A stretch of 24,919 nt of DNA from Rotaria sp. (GCA_905250055.1 CAJNOF010000137.1:89711-114629), one strand, 5' to 3'. Counted from the first letter of the stretch, positions 1-10,277 are shown. Made by a program: numbers and translations. Notes: generated by a model from the sequence alone, not told the origin.

Positions 1-362
1 AGTTACAAGTAAAAGTATGTAAAAAAAAAGAATGTCTAAAAATGAATTGATATTATGTTATCTTGTATTTTCCATGAAAATGATAAAAATGAATCATCTA
101 ATTTTAGATTTCCTAATAAACGTAACAGTACAGGTTAAAACAATTTCATGAAACGATAAGCATCACATTTATGTTCATTTATATATTTTCTTGTTTCTCT
201 CATTAATGCAAATAATTATGACATATTATGCCTTACGAATATGTTCAGTAACAATTTAGACATAGTTCCAGCCGAAAGAACTAGGCTACAATTAGTATAG
301 AATGAGTAAAGATGAGAAGAAAAAGAATCACCCATTTAATGTTGACACCCTAGTCATAACTA

Positions 363-876
363 ATATCCATTTGAAATTAAAAGAGACCGTTAGTGTTGAT
401 CGAATATCTCCATAAAGATAATAGCTAGAGATCTGCGGCTTTTTTTATTCGATAGCCCTCTATGGGGCAAGTAAATTATGTACTAGGAACGAACATTTTC
501 AAACGTGTCTTCATAGAGTTTGAGGGCTTTTTTTCCGAAAAAAATCGAAACACTGAGGGTGTTAAAGAGGTGGATTTAGACCCCTAATTATTGCAAACAG
601 TAGGCTAGACTATTGTCTTCATTCAAAAAAAAAGCCGCGCTTTTCTACGATGTTCTGTTAGAAAACGCCAGCATCTCTCGTGAAACCCCCAAAAAGCCTT
701 ATTTTGCCTTCAGGAACATGAAATATTTCATCCAGCAAGCATTTCAGATGATTATTTCTGACTTTTCAAGCACGAGAGTTTCGTTAAAGATATTCTTAGC
801 TACTTCATTCCTCAAAATGATATCGATTCAGATAGCCCATTTGTCCTACTGTGATATATCATTGGCTATTTTTCAG
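363..876. repeat. Left terminal inverted repeat of the 363-3556 transposon
   Basis: It is the reverse complement of 3046-3556 along its whole length. It contains a subterminal CTGCGG...TTCGATAGC block at 433-457. ORF 613-930 lies inside it and is mirrored in the other arm, so it is not coding. Confidence 0.9.
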
Positions 877-907
877 CAGATAAATCATTTAGTTTTATTT
901 TTTCGAA

Positions 908-2503
908 TTAAATATCATCTTCACTACTAGAGTCCATCGAAAACTCTTCTTCATCCTCGGTATTGGTATCGACAATTTCAGAATCGATCGTTTCTTTCAC
1001 ATATTTGTCGGCTTCTTGACATGTCATTTCCGCCTTGCCAGCATGAGCAATAAAGGCCGTGCAATCGTCTAGTGCTGCGATGTACTCTTGAGAAAGAGTG
1101 CTGATATCGGTCAGCCGAAATGAGGTGTTGTTTCGGCGAACGTAGTTTTTCAGTTGTGACCAGCATAGTTCGATTGGATTCAGTACACAATGCGTGATTG
1201 GAAGGCGGACGATCTCGACGTTGAATTCTGCAGCTGCAACATTAGTCAGGTACTTTTTGAGTGGAAGATGTTGGAACGCCAGCTCGAGTAGTTCAGCATT
1301 TGTGAATGCTGCATCAAATGTAACCCCCTCTGTTATTGAGCCAACCATGAAGTGCTGACTTTCGCCAAAGTTGTTTCGGTGGTATTGAATCGTCCGTCAA
1401 TTGGTTGTGCCAAGTTGCATTGTCAATCACGATCGCTATTCAAGCTCGTGGTCTGTGTTTCAAGCGCAATTGCGAGACAGTGACCGAAACCCATTCAATA
1501 AAATGGCTTGAATTTTAGATCGTTTGTCAAGAGAATCGTTTTCGATTGCAAAGGAAGTGTCTTTAACTCACCATTGTATGATCAACGTAGCATGTGAACA
1601 TATCTACGCTCTCCTATGGAAACCTTCTTCGTTGATCATTGCTGAGATTACCAACCGCTTTCCCTTGCCATCGTTCTTCCGAAGTCGTCCTTGTCCTACC
1701 TCTTTAACCCAAATTGAGCGCTTCTCTTTCCCAACATTGCACCATGTTTCATCATGATAATAAATGAATGCCTGATTCCTTCGAAGATCATCAAGACGAC
1801 GAAAATAGGCCGCTCGCTCAGCAACAAACGATACTGAGTCGAGTGGAATAGTCACTTTGTTCGTTTGCTTGTAACTAAAACCGAGTCGCTTCATCTGTCG
1901 CCAAAGACTCGTTTCGAATTTGATAGGAAAATCGAGATGCTCCGTCAAAAGGCTTGCTAGAAGACTGCGGACAGTTGGGTAGCGTCGCTCAGCCTTTGAA
2001 ATGAAGTGCATAGGATGAAATAAGTATCATTGCTTACTCTTATCAGAATCAAATGGAAATGATAACGAATAGCATCTCCACCAACTTCACTAAGAACAAC
2101 TCGTTGCCGTCCGACATTACCTTCCTTCTTTGGTGCGATGGGCATGGGAATATTGGTGCAGGAGGCGGCTAGAGCGAGTTTTCTCGCAGACCAAGTGTTT
2201 TTTGTTTTTCAAAAGCCAGTGGGAGCGGACGCAGAGGCAGACTGGGCTCGGGTACGAATCATGCTGGCTTCGGAAACCATCTATTCATCTTGGCTGCTGT
2301 TCTCCATTCTCTGTTCTTGTCGAAGTTCTTCCAATTCATTTTTCAATCTGTGAACAGAGCTGTAGCTAATTCTCAAGTGAGCCATCACTCGAGCGCTTGT
2401 GTTTGTCAGAGGTATCTTCAGACCATCTCTCGGATTCGATGAAGTCGATCACTCGAAACATGAGCTTCTTTTGTTCGACAGAGAATTTTTCACCTTTAGG
2501 CAT
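908..2503 (-). pseudogene. Frameshifted DDE transposase (Tc1/mariner/IS630-like)
   Basis: Minus-strand translation starts at the ATG at 2503-2501 with MPKGEKFSVEQKKLMFRVIDFIESE. An HTH-like segment, TSARVMAHLRISYSSVHRLKNE, then continues in a shifted frame. Downstream come FIYYHDETWCNVG (first D), AIVIDNATWHNQ (second D, codon ~1422-1424) and VRLPITHCVLNPIELCWSQLKNYVRRNN (E codon ~1169-1171), followed by an acidic tail. The frame is split across ORFs 1957-2145, 1604-2011 and 908-1348, with further stops in 1349-1603. Confidence 0.85.
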
Positions 2504-2736
2504 ATTTGACACGAAAATTTCCAAATGATTGAGAGAATAATAATTCGAGAAAATCTTGTGAAGTTGATTCTTTCAGAAATATTATTGCTTCTGTTGGATA
2601 ATAGCCAATTATAATTGTATCCGATATATTCACATGCTTTACTGTAGAAAATCAGTGACTATATATAGGTCTTGAAATATCAGAGCGTGTTATAGAAAAG
2701 GTCTGAGAGAGAAGAGAGAGAGTACAGACAAGAGAA

Positions 2737-2948
2737 TAGAAGAATACTTGATTTCATGGAAGAATACAGAAGAATATCTGACGTCATGGATGAATACATA
2801 TGACGTAAAGAATGCATGCCGCAATAAACTATATATATATATATATCAAAGTAGAAGAATGCCTGACATCATGGAAGAGTGCATATGATGTAATGAAAGT
2901 ACATGACGTCATAGAAGAATAAGAAAATCACACCATATAGAAGAACGC
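2737..2948. repeat. Degenerate tandem repeat (~25-30 nt unit) carrying TGACGTCA palindromes, upstream of the transposase start
   Basis: About six units resemble GAAGAATRCNTGACGTCATGGA. Perfect TGACGTCA occurs at 2779-2786 and 2904-2911, with degenerate versions (TGATTTCA, TGACGTAA, TGACATCA, TGATGTAA) between them. A (TA)8 run lies at 2831-2846. Confidence 0.7.
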
Positions 2949-3045
2949 ACAAAAGTGATAGATGGCATCAGCTGATCCTAACACTTCTGAATAATCTTTC
3001 TATCACATAATCCAGCTTCAATAAATACCATAGTAAAAGACTTCA

Positions 3046-3556
3046 CTGAAAAATAGCCAATGATATGTCACAGTAGGACAAATGGGCTATCTGAATCGAT
3101 ATCATTTTGAGGAATGAAGTAGCTAAGAATATCTCTAATGAAACTCGTGCTTGAAAAGTTAGAAATAATCATCTGAAATGCTTGCTGGATGAAATATTTC
3201 ATGTTCCTGAGGGCAAAATAAAGTTTTTTTGGGGGTTTCACGAGAGATGCTGGCGTTTTCTAACAGAACATCGTAGAAAAGCGCGGCTTTTTATTGAATG
3301 AAGACAACAGTCTAGCCTACTGTTTGCAATAATTAGGGGTCGAAATCCATCTCTTTAACACCCTCCGTGTTTCAATTTTTTTCGAAAAAAAGCCCTCACA
3401 CTCCATGAAGACATGTTTGAAAATTTTCGTTCCTAGCACATAAATGACTTGCCCGATAGAGAGCTATCGAACAAAAAGAAACACAGATCTCTAGCTATGA
3501 TCGTTATGGAGATACTCGATCAACACTAACCGTCTCTTTTAATTTCAAATGGATAT
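3046..3556. repeat. Right terminal inverted repeat of the 363-3556 transposon
   Basis: It is the reverse complement of 363-876. The inner junction is CTGAAAAATAGCCAATGATAT, matching ATATCATTGGCTATTTTTCAG at 856-876. Confidence 0.9.
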
Positions 3557-3660
3557 CAATACCTTTGAAACCAGTGTTTTGTACAAACATTGTTTTTGGT
3601 TCCCATCAAAGATTTGCTCTTTCAGAACCAACTTTAAGTCAGTGAACAATTCTGAATATA

Positions 3661-4478
3661 CAGGGTGGTCCAAAAGTTACCTACCAGTCTTAAATTGCGG
3701 ATAACTTTTGATAGTAACAAGATCTAGACCTGCGGTTTTCACCATTCGAAAGAGCGATGTTCGGACCATCGATCTATATAATATTCACTAAGACGAAAGA
3801 TACTTTTTGGTATTCCTATAGCTGGTGTTCCACCGTATATGCAAAATCAACTTTGTAACTGAGATTTTCTCAAAGGAGCAGCACTTTTCTGGTTTTTCTC
3901 GGTAATACAGCACTGTGTGTGGGTGAAGGTAGAGGATTGAAACGGAAAAGTGCTTTTCCATTGAGAAAATCTCAGTTACAAAGTTGATTTTGCATATACG
4001 GTGGAACACCAGCTATAGGAATACCTATTTTTTCATAGGAGCCTTTTAATTGGCATTCTTTTTTTGTGTATTTTCATAAATTTTCACAATAATCTCGTCT
4101 CATATTACACCAAAATGTAGCTCAAATCACCCATTTTTCGCTATAAAATGATCACTTTATGCATTGTTCCGTTGACCTCTTTTCTCAAGTGAGCCTTCGA
4201 AAAATAGTGATACTTGTGTAGCAAAAAATGGGTGATTTGAGCTACATTTTGGCGTAATTTGAGACGAGATTATTGTGAAAATTTATGAAAATACACAAAA
4301 AAAAAAGAATGTCAATTAAAAAACTCCTATGAAAAGCATCTTTCGTCTTAGTGAATATTATATAGATCGATGGTCCGAACACCGCTCTTTCGAATGGTGA
4401 AAACCGCAGGTCTAGATCTTGTTCCTATCAAAAGGTATTCGCAATTTAAGACTGGTAGGTAACTGTTGGACCATCCTG
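3661..4478. mobile_element. Non-autonomous mariner-like MITE with TA target duplication and two internal hairpins
   Basis: The termini are CAGGGTGGTCCAAAAGTTACC (3661-) and GGTAACTGTTGGACCATCCTG (-4478). They are flanked by TA at 3659-3660 and 4479-4480. Outer arms of ~140 nt (3661-3800 and ~4336-4478) enclose palindrome A (3809-4025) and palindrome B (4030-4335). No coding capacity is present. Confidence 0.85.
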
Positions 4479-4887
4479 TATATTTAGAAAGAGCACAAAA
4501 TTTTCATTCTAGCTGACTACTTTTGATTGTCTCCTGCAGCTTAAAAATGAAAGAAAATTGAACATATATTTTGTCCGAAGTCTTTTTATACAGAGGTTAT
4601 AATCTAAAACAATTTAAATGATATTTATTTCCTTTTTTATGAAAAATCAGCAACAACTATTGCAACAAGAATATCTTTTTTACTTTGTTTTAATTGAGCT
4701 AAAAGCTAAATCGCGACTTTCTGAACGTGTTTCGCTCTAATAGAAACTTAAAAAGCTTCAAAAATAATAATTTGTTCAACACATTCAGTTGATTTACCAA
4801 TTGAACCAATATAAACAGATGCTGGACGATGACGACAAAGATATGAACGTGTTAAACATTCCATAACTAGTGTTATTGTTACTGTAA

Positions 4888-5000
4888 GGGTGTGGGTGTG
4901 GTGTGTGGGTGGGTGTGGGTGTGGGGTGTGAGTGTAGGTGTGGTTCTTGTATTCCCTCACATCCACTCATCCACACCCACACCCACACGCACGCACACCC
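4888..5000. repeat. Head-to-head telomere-like repeat hairpin: (GGGTGT)n arm followed by (ACACCC)n arm
   Basis: The G-rich arm at 4888-4943 reads GGGTGTGGGTGTGGTGTGTGGGTGGGTGTGGGTGTGGGGTGTG.... A short spacer follows. The C-rich arm at 4955-5000 reads ...CCACACCCACACCCACACGCACGCACACCC. ORFs 4748-4966 and 4794-4988 are translations of this repeat. Confidence 0.85.
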
Positions 5001-5220
5001 TTTGAAATGCTACGATGTTGTAATTTAAGCATGAGAAGCAGTTGATCTACACTTCTGGTCCTACACTTGAAGCATCTTATCTCAATCAGGTAGACCCATG
5101 AAAATAAATACTTATGGGGTTTCTCTAGTCGCATCAAGTCCTACTTATGGCTCTCTCATAAGGTGTACTATGGATAAAATATAGAAAATCACATCTTACC
5201 TGTAAACTTTACCTTTTTTT

Positions 5221-6557
5221 AAACTGACGAGGGAATATATCCAGGTGTCAAATCGCTTTTGAATCGAGTATATGATCAAACGATAGACCTTAATGAGCTA
5301 TTAAATAACCTATAAGGCTTTGGTTTTTCAAGACTTCTAAGTCGAGATATGAGATTGTTACTATCACGAGTTTTACTATACTACTCTACTAATGTATTCG
5401 ATATCTTGACTAAACATGCTCTACTCTGACTCCTATTTATATCAGTACTACAGAAGTCAGAACTGATCAAGATGCTAGAGTTTCAAGATAAAGAATTCTT
5501 TCGAAACAAGGATATGAATTTGTTTGGTATACTGATTGATTATTAAAAAATAGCATGTTGATTTTACTCAAAAATGCAAGTATAGATTCACCTTCTATTT
5601 GCAGCACACATTCCTTTCATAGTGAGTATGCATGTAGAAATGTCAGCTCAACTGTCGGTGCTTCAGTTAATGAGGATTAGAAGAATAAAATTATGTGATT
5701 TTCATTGTGCGATCGATTTCCAATAACATATTTATTAATTAAAATAGAATCGACAAAAACGAAGAGAATAGAGTAAGTCAGTGAATCAGTCAACTTGACA
5801 GTTGTTGAAAAAATGTTCCATATATATAATATAAGCATAATAACTGCACCGAATGAACACCAATGAGAGAGAATCAGACATATCCTATTTGCAATATTAG
5901 AAGCTATTATATATTCATCACAACTATGTGCTCCTCTAGTCACTCCTTCTTTCACTTTATATACCATTCTCTTTTGAGTTACATGAGAAGCCAATTATCT
6001 CTCTCTTTGTCGATTTCGACCATCAGTGACTCTATGCAAAGAACTTATTCAAACAAAATAAAATTTTTTCATGTTGAAAAGTATACGAATTTATTCTACC
6101 TTTTATTATTAACTGAGGCACCGACATTTGAGCTGATATTTTTACATGCATGCTCACTATGAAATGAATGTGTGTTGCAAATAGAAGACGAATCTATACT
6201 TGCATCTTTGAGTAAAATCACATGCTATTTTTTCAAAATCAATCAGTATACCAAACAAATTCATATCTTTGTTTCGAAAGAATCTTTTATCTTGAAACTC
6301 TAGGATCTTGATCGGTTCTGACTGCTGTAGTACTGATGTAAATTAGAGTTGGATTGGAGTATGTTTAGTCAAGATATCGAATACATTAGTAGAGTAGTAT
6401 AGCAAAACTAGTAATAGTAACAATCTTATATTTCGGCTTAGGAGGCTTGAACAACCATACCCTTGTAGGTTATTTAATAGCTCATGAAGGTCTATTGTTT
6501 GAGCCTATACTCTATTCAAAAGCGATTCGACATCTGGATATGTTTCCTCGTAAGTTG
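5221..6557. mobile_element. Foldback-type non-autonomous element (long imperfect hairpin, arms ~450-560 bp)
   Basis: 5221-5675 is the reverse complement of 6105-6557, at ~85% identity by eye. For example, GTCAGCTCAACTGTCGGTGCTTCAGTTAA pairs with TTAACTGAGGCACCGACATTTGAGCTGAT. Weaker pairing continues inward to ~5790 and ~5990. The internal ORFs 5677-5994(-) and 5863-6162(+) overlap each other on opposite strands across the loop and inner arms. Confidence 0.75.
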
Positions 6558-7657
6558 TAATTACAAACAAGCAAGATGGTCTCACGATTAGGACCAACAC
6601 TTTTCCGTTGGGAGTGATATATGTATTTTATGGTCATGTAAGACTTACGTCAAATGTCACATTCTCATGATTCATGTGTTCTAAACGTTTATGCACACAT
6701 TATTGAGTAAGGATTATTTTGATATTTGCTCTTACAACTATAATAGTAAAATTAATCCTTTTTTCATAAATAACAAGGTTATCGAACGCATAAACGTGCA
6801 GAATAGACAAAGTATTAGTGAGTTAAACAGGTCGTGCAAGATGTTTCGTGCGCATTGACCCCTTCTAGAGAATTATATCGCATTTTTACTAATGCATGTA
6901 TTACTAAACACAACACTATAGTCAAACGTTTTTTCTAATCAGGACCAGGATCAAAAACAATTGATCTCATACATCACTAATTGTAATTTGTTTCTAGTTA
7001 AGGCTATAAGCTTTTCGAGGATTATTTTCCTATTGTTGAACAAAATTTCTAAGATCATATTCGAAAAGATCACCATCCTAACTCATGGCTTTTGACTCAT
7101 TGAAAATGCGTCAAAAATGAACAAAAATCTTGTGAAAAAGTTATTTTAATCAGATGACAAAATTACGAATATCTTTTATCATAAGCTATACAACTTAACG
7201 TTATTTGAATAGATCTACAATCATGTAAAACATTTAATAAAGTATAAATCTGATTTTTTTGAAAAACATTTTCTCGTAAAAAAAGAAGATCTACGTATTT
7301 TATAAAATGAAAAACTAACTGACTCTAAATATATATTCCGAGTAAAACATCATCAATCATTTGATCCGAAATAGCATCGATAAATAATAATGTCGACATT
7401 ATAACCTACGTCAACTAGTGTAACTGCGATATGACACATATGTTACATTAAAACTTCTTCAAGGTCTTTGTATTACTCATATCTTTTTCTCTCGTTCGTT
7501 AGTCATAGATCAATATTGTTATTATCATATTTGTGTATGGGATTCACAAAAAAAAAGAAATTCATGGTATCCCTATGTAAATGCTGATGAGTAAAAATAA
7601 AAGTGATAAAAAAAAACTGTGCACCAAAAAAAGAAAAAAAATAAAGAGATAATTGAT

Positions 7658-8449
7658 TCTAATGTCCGTCCAGAAAGTCCGTGCGTGTGACTATTTTTTG
7701 AATAATTTTTGATAGGAACAAGATACAGACTTGCGGTTTTCGGCGTTCGACAGCCAAGGCAAAGAGGCATCTTTTCACTATGAAAAGCGTTTCTGAGGAA
7801 CAATTTCGAAGTCAGTTTATCACAGGATCTTTGAAAAGTTAGATTGGATTTCTCGAAACTTGCATGGAGACCTATTGATATTTTTACATATTTGGAATCT
7901 CCACTAAAAACTGACCCAACTCATCTATGTTTCGAATCGTTTCGCGACACGTTTTTTCCATCGAAAACCTCTGCCCTAGGAACCCGTCTATAAATAAAGT
8001 TAGTCAAAAGATCACTTGGACAGTGGAAAGCAACTTCCGAAGTTGTAAAATGCTACTATAACACAAAATGGCGCAAGATTAAATGATAGAAACGGCGTTT
8101 TGACGAACTTTATTTATTGACGGGTTCCTAGGGCAGAAGTTTTCGATGGAAAAAAAGTGTCGCGAAACGATTCAAAACATATATGAGTTGACTCAGTTTT
8201 TAGTGGAGATTCCAAATATGTAAAAATATCAATAGGTCTCCATGCAAGTTTTGAGAAATCCAATCTAACTTCTCAAAGATCTTGTGATAAACTGACTTCG
8301 AAATTGTTCCTCAGAAACGCTTTTCATAGTGATAAGATGCCTCTTTGCCTTGGCTATCGAACACCGAAAACCGCAGGTCTGTATCTTGTTCCTATCAAAA
8401 ATTATTCAAAAAATAGTCACACGCACGGACTTTTTGGACGGACATTAGA
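7658..8449. mobile_element. Hairpin MITE related to the mariner-like elements in this window
   Basis: 7658-~8010 is the reverse complement of ~8095-8449 at high identity, with a loop of ~80 nt. The termini are TCTAATGTCCGTCC... and ...GGACGGACATTAGA. The block TTTTGATAGGAACAAGATACAGAC(C/T)TGCGGTTTTCGG is shared with the MITE at 3661-4478. ORFs 7573-7803(-) and 8304-8489(+) give the same peptide (MFLRNAFHS...) only because they read the two arms. Confidence 0.85.
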
Positions 8450-9424
8450 TAGAGTTACATTTGTCTATAGTAAAATACGATTTCATTAATGTTGTGTACA
8501 AAGAAGAACTATTCGATATTGAAACTCAATATATGAAGATAAGTAACATAGTATGTTGTTCTTTCTCACATTGTGAATATGTCTATTCTGATCAAGTAAT
8601 CATATATGCCCGTTCAATTGATTACTATTTCTCGTTTCAATGAATCAATGTGAACGAATAGACATACTTCTTTTATAATTCTTTATAATATTGTATTTCG
8701 TTTTCCTTGTTGTTTTTTTGTTTTCTATGACGCATCTGATCAAACCATTCTATTTAGAGAATATTTTCTCAAGGGAAAATGTTTTCTTCAACGTAATTAT
8801 TACAATCTCAACTGTTAAATATAGAAACGTTAGACAATAATTTGAAATTAAGTTCTCTTGACTTGAAGTTATATCTTTATGATCTATTTTCAAAGTAACA
8901 TTTGTTTTCTAATCTCAATTGCACAAATTTATATATTTTAGACTGAAAATTATTACCTAAAACAATCCTTAACATTTCTTTTTGCGCCTTCTGTCTTATC
9001 ATGTTACGTCTCGGATACTAATGGCAATAAACTGCGAAAGAATATACAAATATGTTTTGCGTTGCCAATAAACATATATCCACACACTTTATACTTATTG
9101 CACTCGTTTCGATGACGAACCCATTCTATTTCTCCGCATATGGTGTTATTTTGTATCTTTATAAGAAAGAGAGTTAATCTATTTTTCTTTTCTTTGGTTA
9201 TTAACCGACATACAAATGTTACTCTTTCCATTACACATTTAAAATGAGTTGTTCCAAATCGAACGATTCATTTCTTTTTCTCTCTCTCATATTCTTTTTT
9301 TTTCTTACTTTATTCTATCTAAATTGAAGAGAGAAAACTGATCAAACTATTTTTCAAATATAATTCAACATCAGTTTTATATTCTAGATTAAATTTTTTT
9401 TAAAATACTTCACTGAAAATTATC

Positions 9425-10077
9425 ATGGCTGCTCTTCGAATTTTTCCATTTATTGGTGCACTTATTGCTATAGCTGCTGTTGTATTAGCAGTTATTGGTA
9501 TTGCAACTAACTATTGGTTTTTTACTGCTTTTAATACCCATGCAGGTAAATGATTTAAAATAAAACTAGTGTTTTAATTTGACAAAAAACTTTGTTTTTC
9601 GATAGGTCTTTGGGAAAGATGTGACGGTGGGATTTGTATACGAATAAATGGTGGACGACCAGCAGCTCTGGCTATTGTGGTACATATAAAATCTTGTTTT
9701 ATTACTGATTTGATTTTTTCTTTTTAGGCTATCATTGCCATTTGTATTGCAGCTATTTTGGCTATATTCAGTGGTTTTTCAAGAAATAAATCAGATGCAA
9801 ACAATAGTGTAGCACGTCTTTGTGGTATTATATCGGTTATATTACTTTTTTCAAGTGGTATTCTCATTGCTATATCACTTTATCTATATTTTGGTGCCAA
9901 ATATGCTACAGGATACTCATTTACTCTCATGGCTATTGCACAATTTTTAAGTTTTCTTGCTGCTATGCTTGTTGCTCATTGGATGGTAAATAGAAATTAT
10001 TAGATGAAAATAAATATTTCATTTTATTAATTCCTCTTTTTTTGTTCTAGGGACATTCATTCACTGTAATTACTTAA
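9425..10077 (+). CDS. Claudin/PMP22/EMP-superfamily four-transmembrane protein (4 exons, ~159 aa)
   Basis: The exons are 9425-9545, 9606-9679, 9728-9985 and 10051-10077. The introns are 60, 48 and 65 nt, all GT..AG and in consistent phase. The spliced product is MAALRIFPFIGALIAIAAVVLAVIGIATNYWFFTAFNTHAGLWERCDGGICIRINGGRPAALAIVAIIAICIAAILAIFSGFSRNKSDANNSVARLCGIISVILLFSSGILIAISLYLYFGAKYATGYSFTLMAIAQFLSFLAAMLVAHWMGHSFTVIT. It has four hydrophobic segments and a W...GLW..C....C signature in the first loop. Confidence 0.75.
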
Positions 10078-10277
10078 ATGAATTGCAAAAGAAAAAACAT
10101 TTATACTGAATGCATTCTATTTGTAAATGCATAAGCTTGAAATGATGATAGCTTACAATGAAATCCTATGTCTTTTTTTCTTAATTATTATATTTAATTC
10201 AGCTGCAATACATTTTCTTTTTTTTAAAATTGTATATGTGTTTGTGTATTGTTCTATTATTTAAAACAGAAAACTGT

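Larger units (their letters stand above)
363..3556 (-). mobile_element. Degenerate Tc1/mariner (ITm) superfamily DNA transposon with ~0.5 kb terminal inverted repeats
   Basis: Inverted arms 363-876 and 3046-3556 are roughly 90% identical by eye. They enclose a minus-strand transposase frame broken into several pieces. The termini read ATATCCATTTGAAATT... and ...AATTTCAAATGGATAT. A TA can be read on each flank (364-365 and 3554-3555), but the exact boundary is ambiguous in the ATAT context. Confidence 0.85.

Noticed and set aside
613-930. 105-aa ORF on the plus strand
   Set aside because: It lies almost entirely inside the left terminal inverted repeat (363-876), and the same sequence occurs inverted at 3046-3300. 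It starts at a TTG and is best read as a by-product of the repeat.
3788-4009. 73-aa ORF on the minus strand
   Set aside because: It lies inside palindrome A of the MITE, where the sequence pairs with itself. No coding signal is evident.
4748-4988. His/Thr/Pro-rich ORFs (also 20985-21254 with APAPAPAP)
   Set aside because: These are translations of the GGGTGT/ACACCC and GGGTGC simple repeats. They have no start context or coding features.
5677-6162. Overlapping ORFs 5677-5994(-) and 5863-6162(+)
   Set aside because: They sit in the loop and inner arms of the foldback element and overlap each other on opposite strands. They are low-complexity and have no recognisable motifs.
7573-8489. Two ORFs (7573-7803 minus, 8304-8489 plus) encoding nearly the same peptide, MFLRNAFHS(E/D)KMPLCLG...
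   Set aside because: They are the two arms of one hairpin MITE read in opposite directions. Their similarity reflects the inverted repeat, not paralogous genes.
9004-9231. 75-aa minus-strand ORF upstream of the claudin-like gene, partly conserved in unit 2 (16085-16230)
   Set aside because: The paralogous sequence does not keep an open frame, and the differences I checked are non-synonymous. It is more likely conserved promoter or 5' flank.
9986-10003. Unspliced read-through of exon 3 ending ...HWMVNRNY*
   Set aside because: A canonical GT donor at 9986 and an AG acceptor at 10049-10050 give an in-frame 8-codon terminal exon. That exon is conserved in the paralog (16779-16805), which favours the spliced model.
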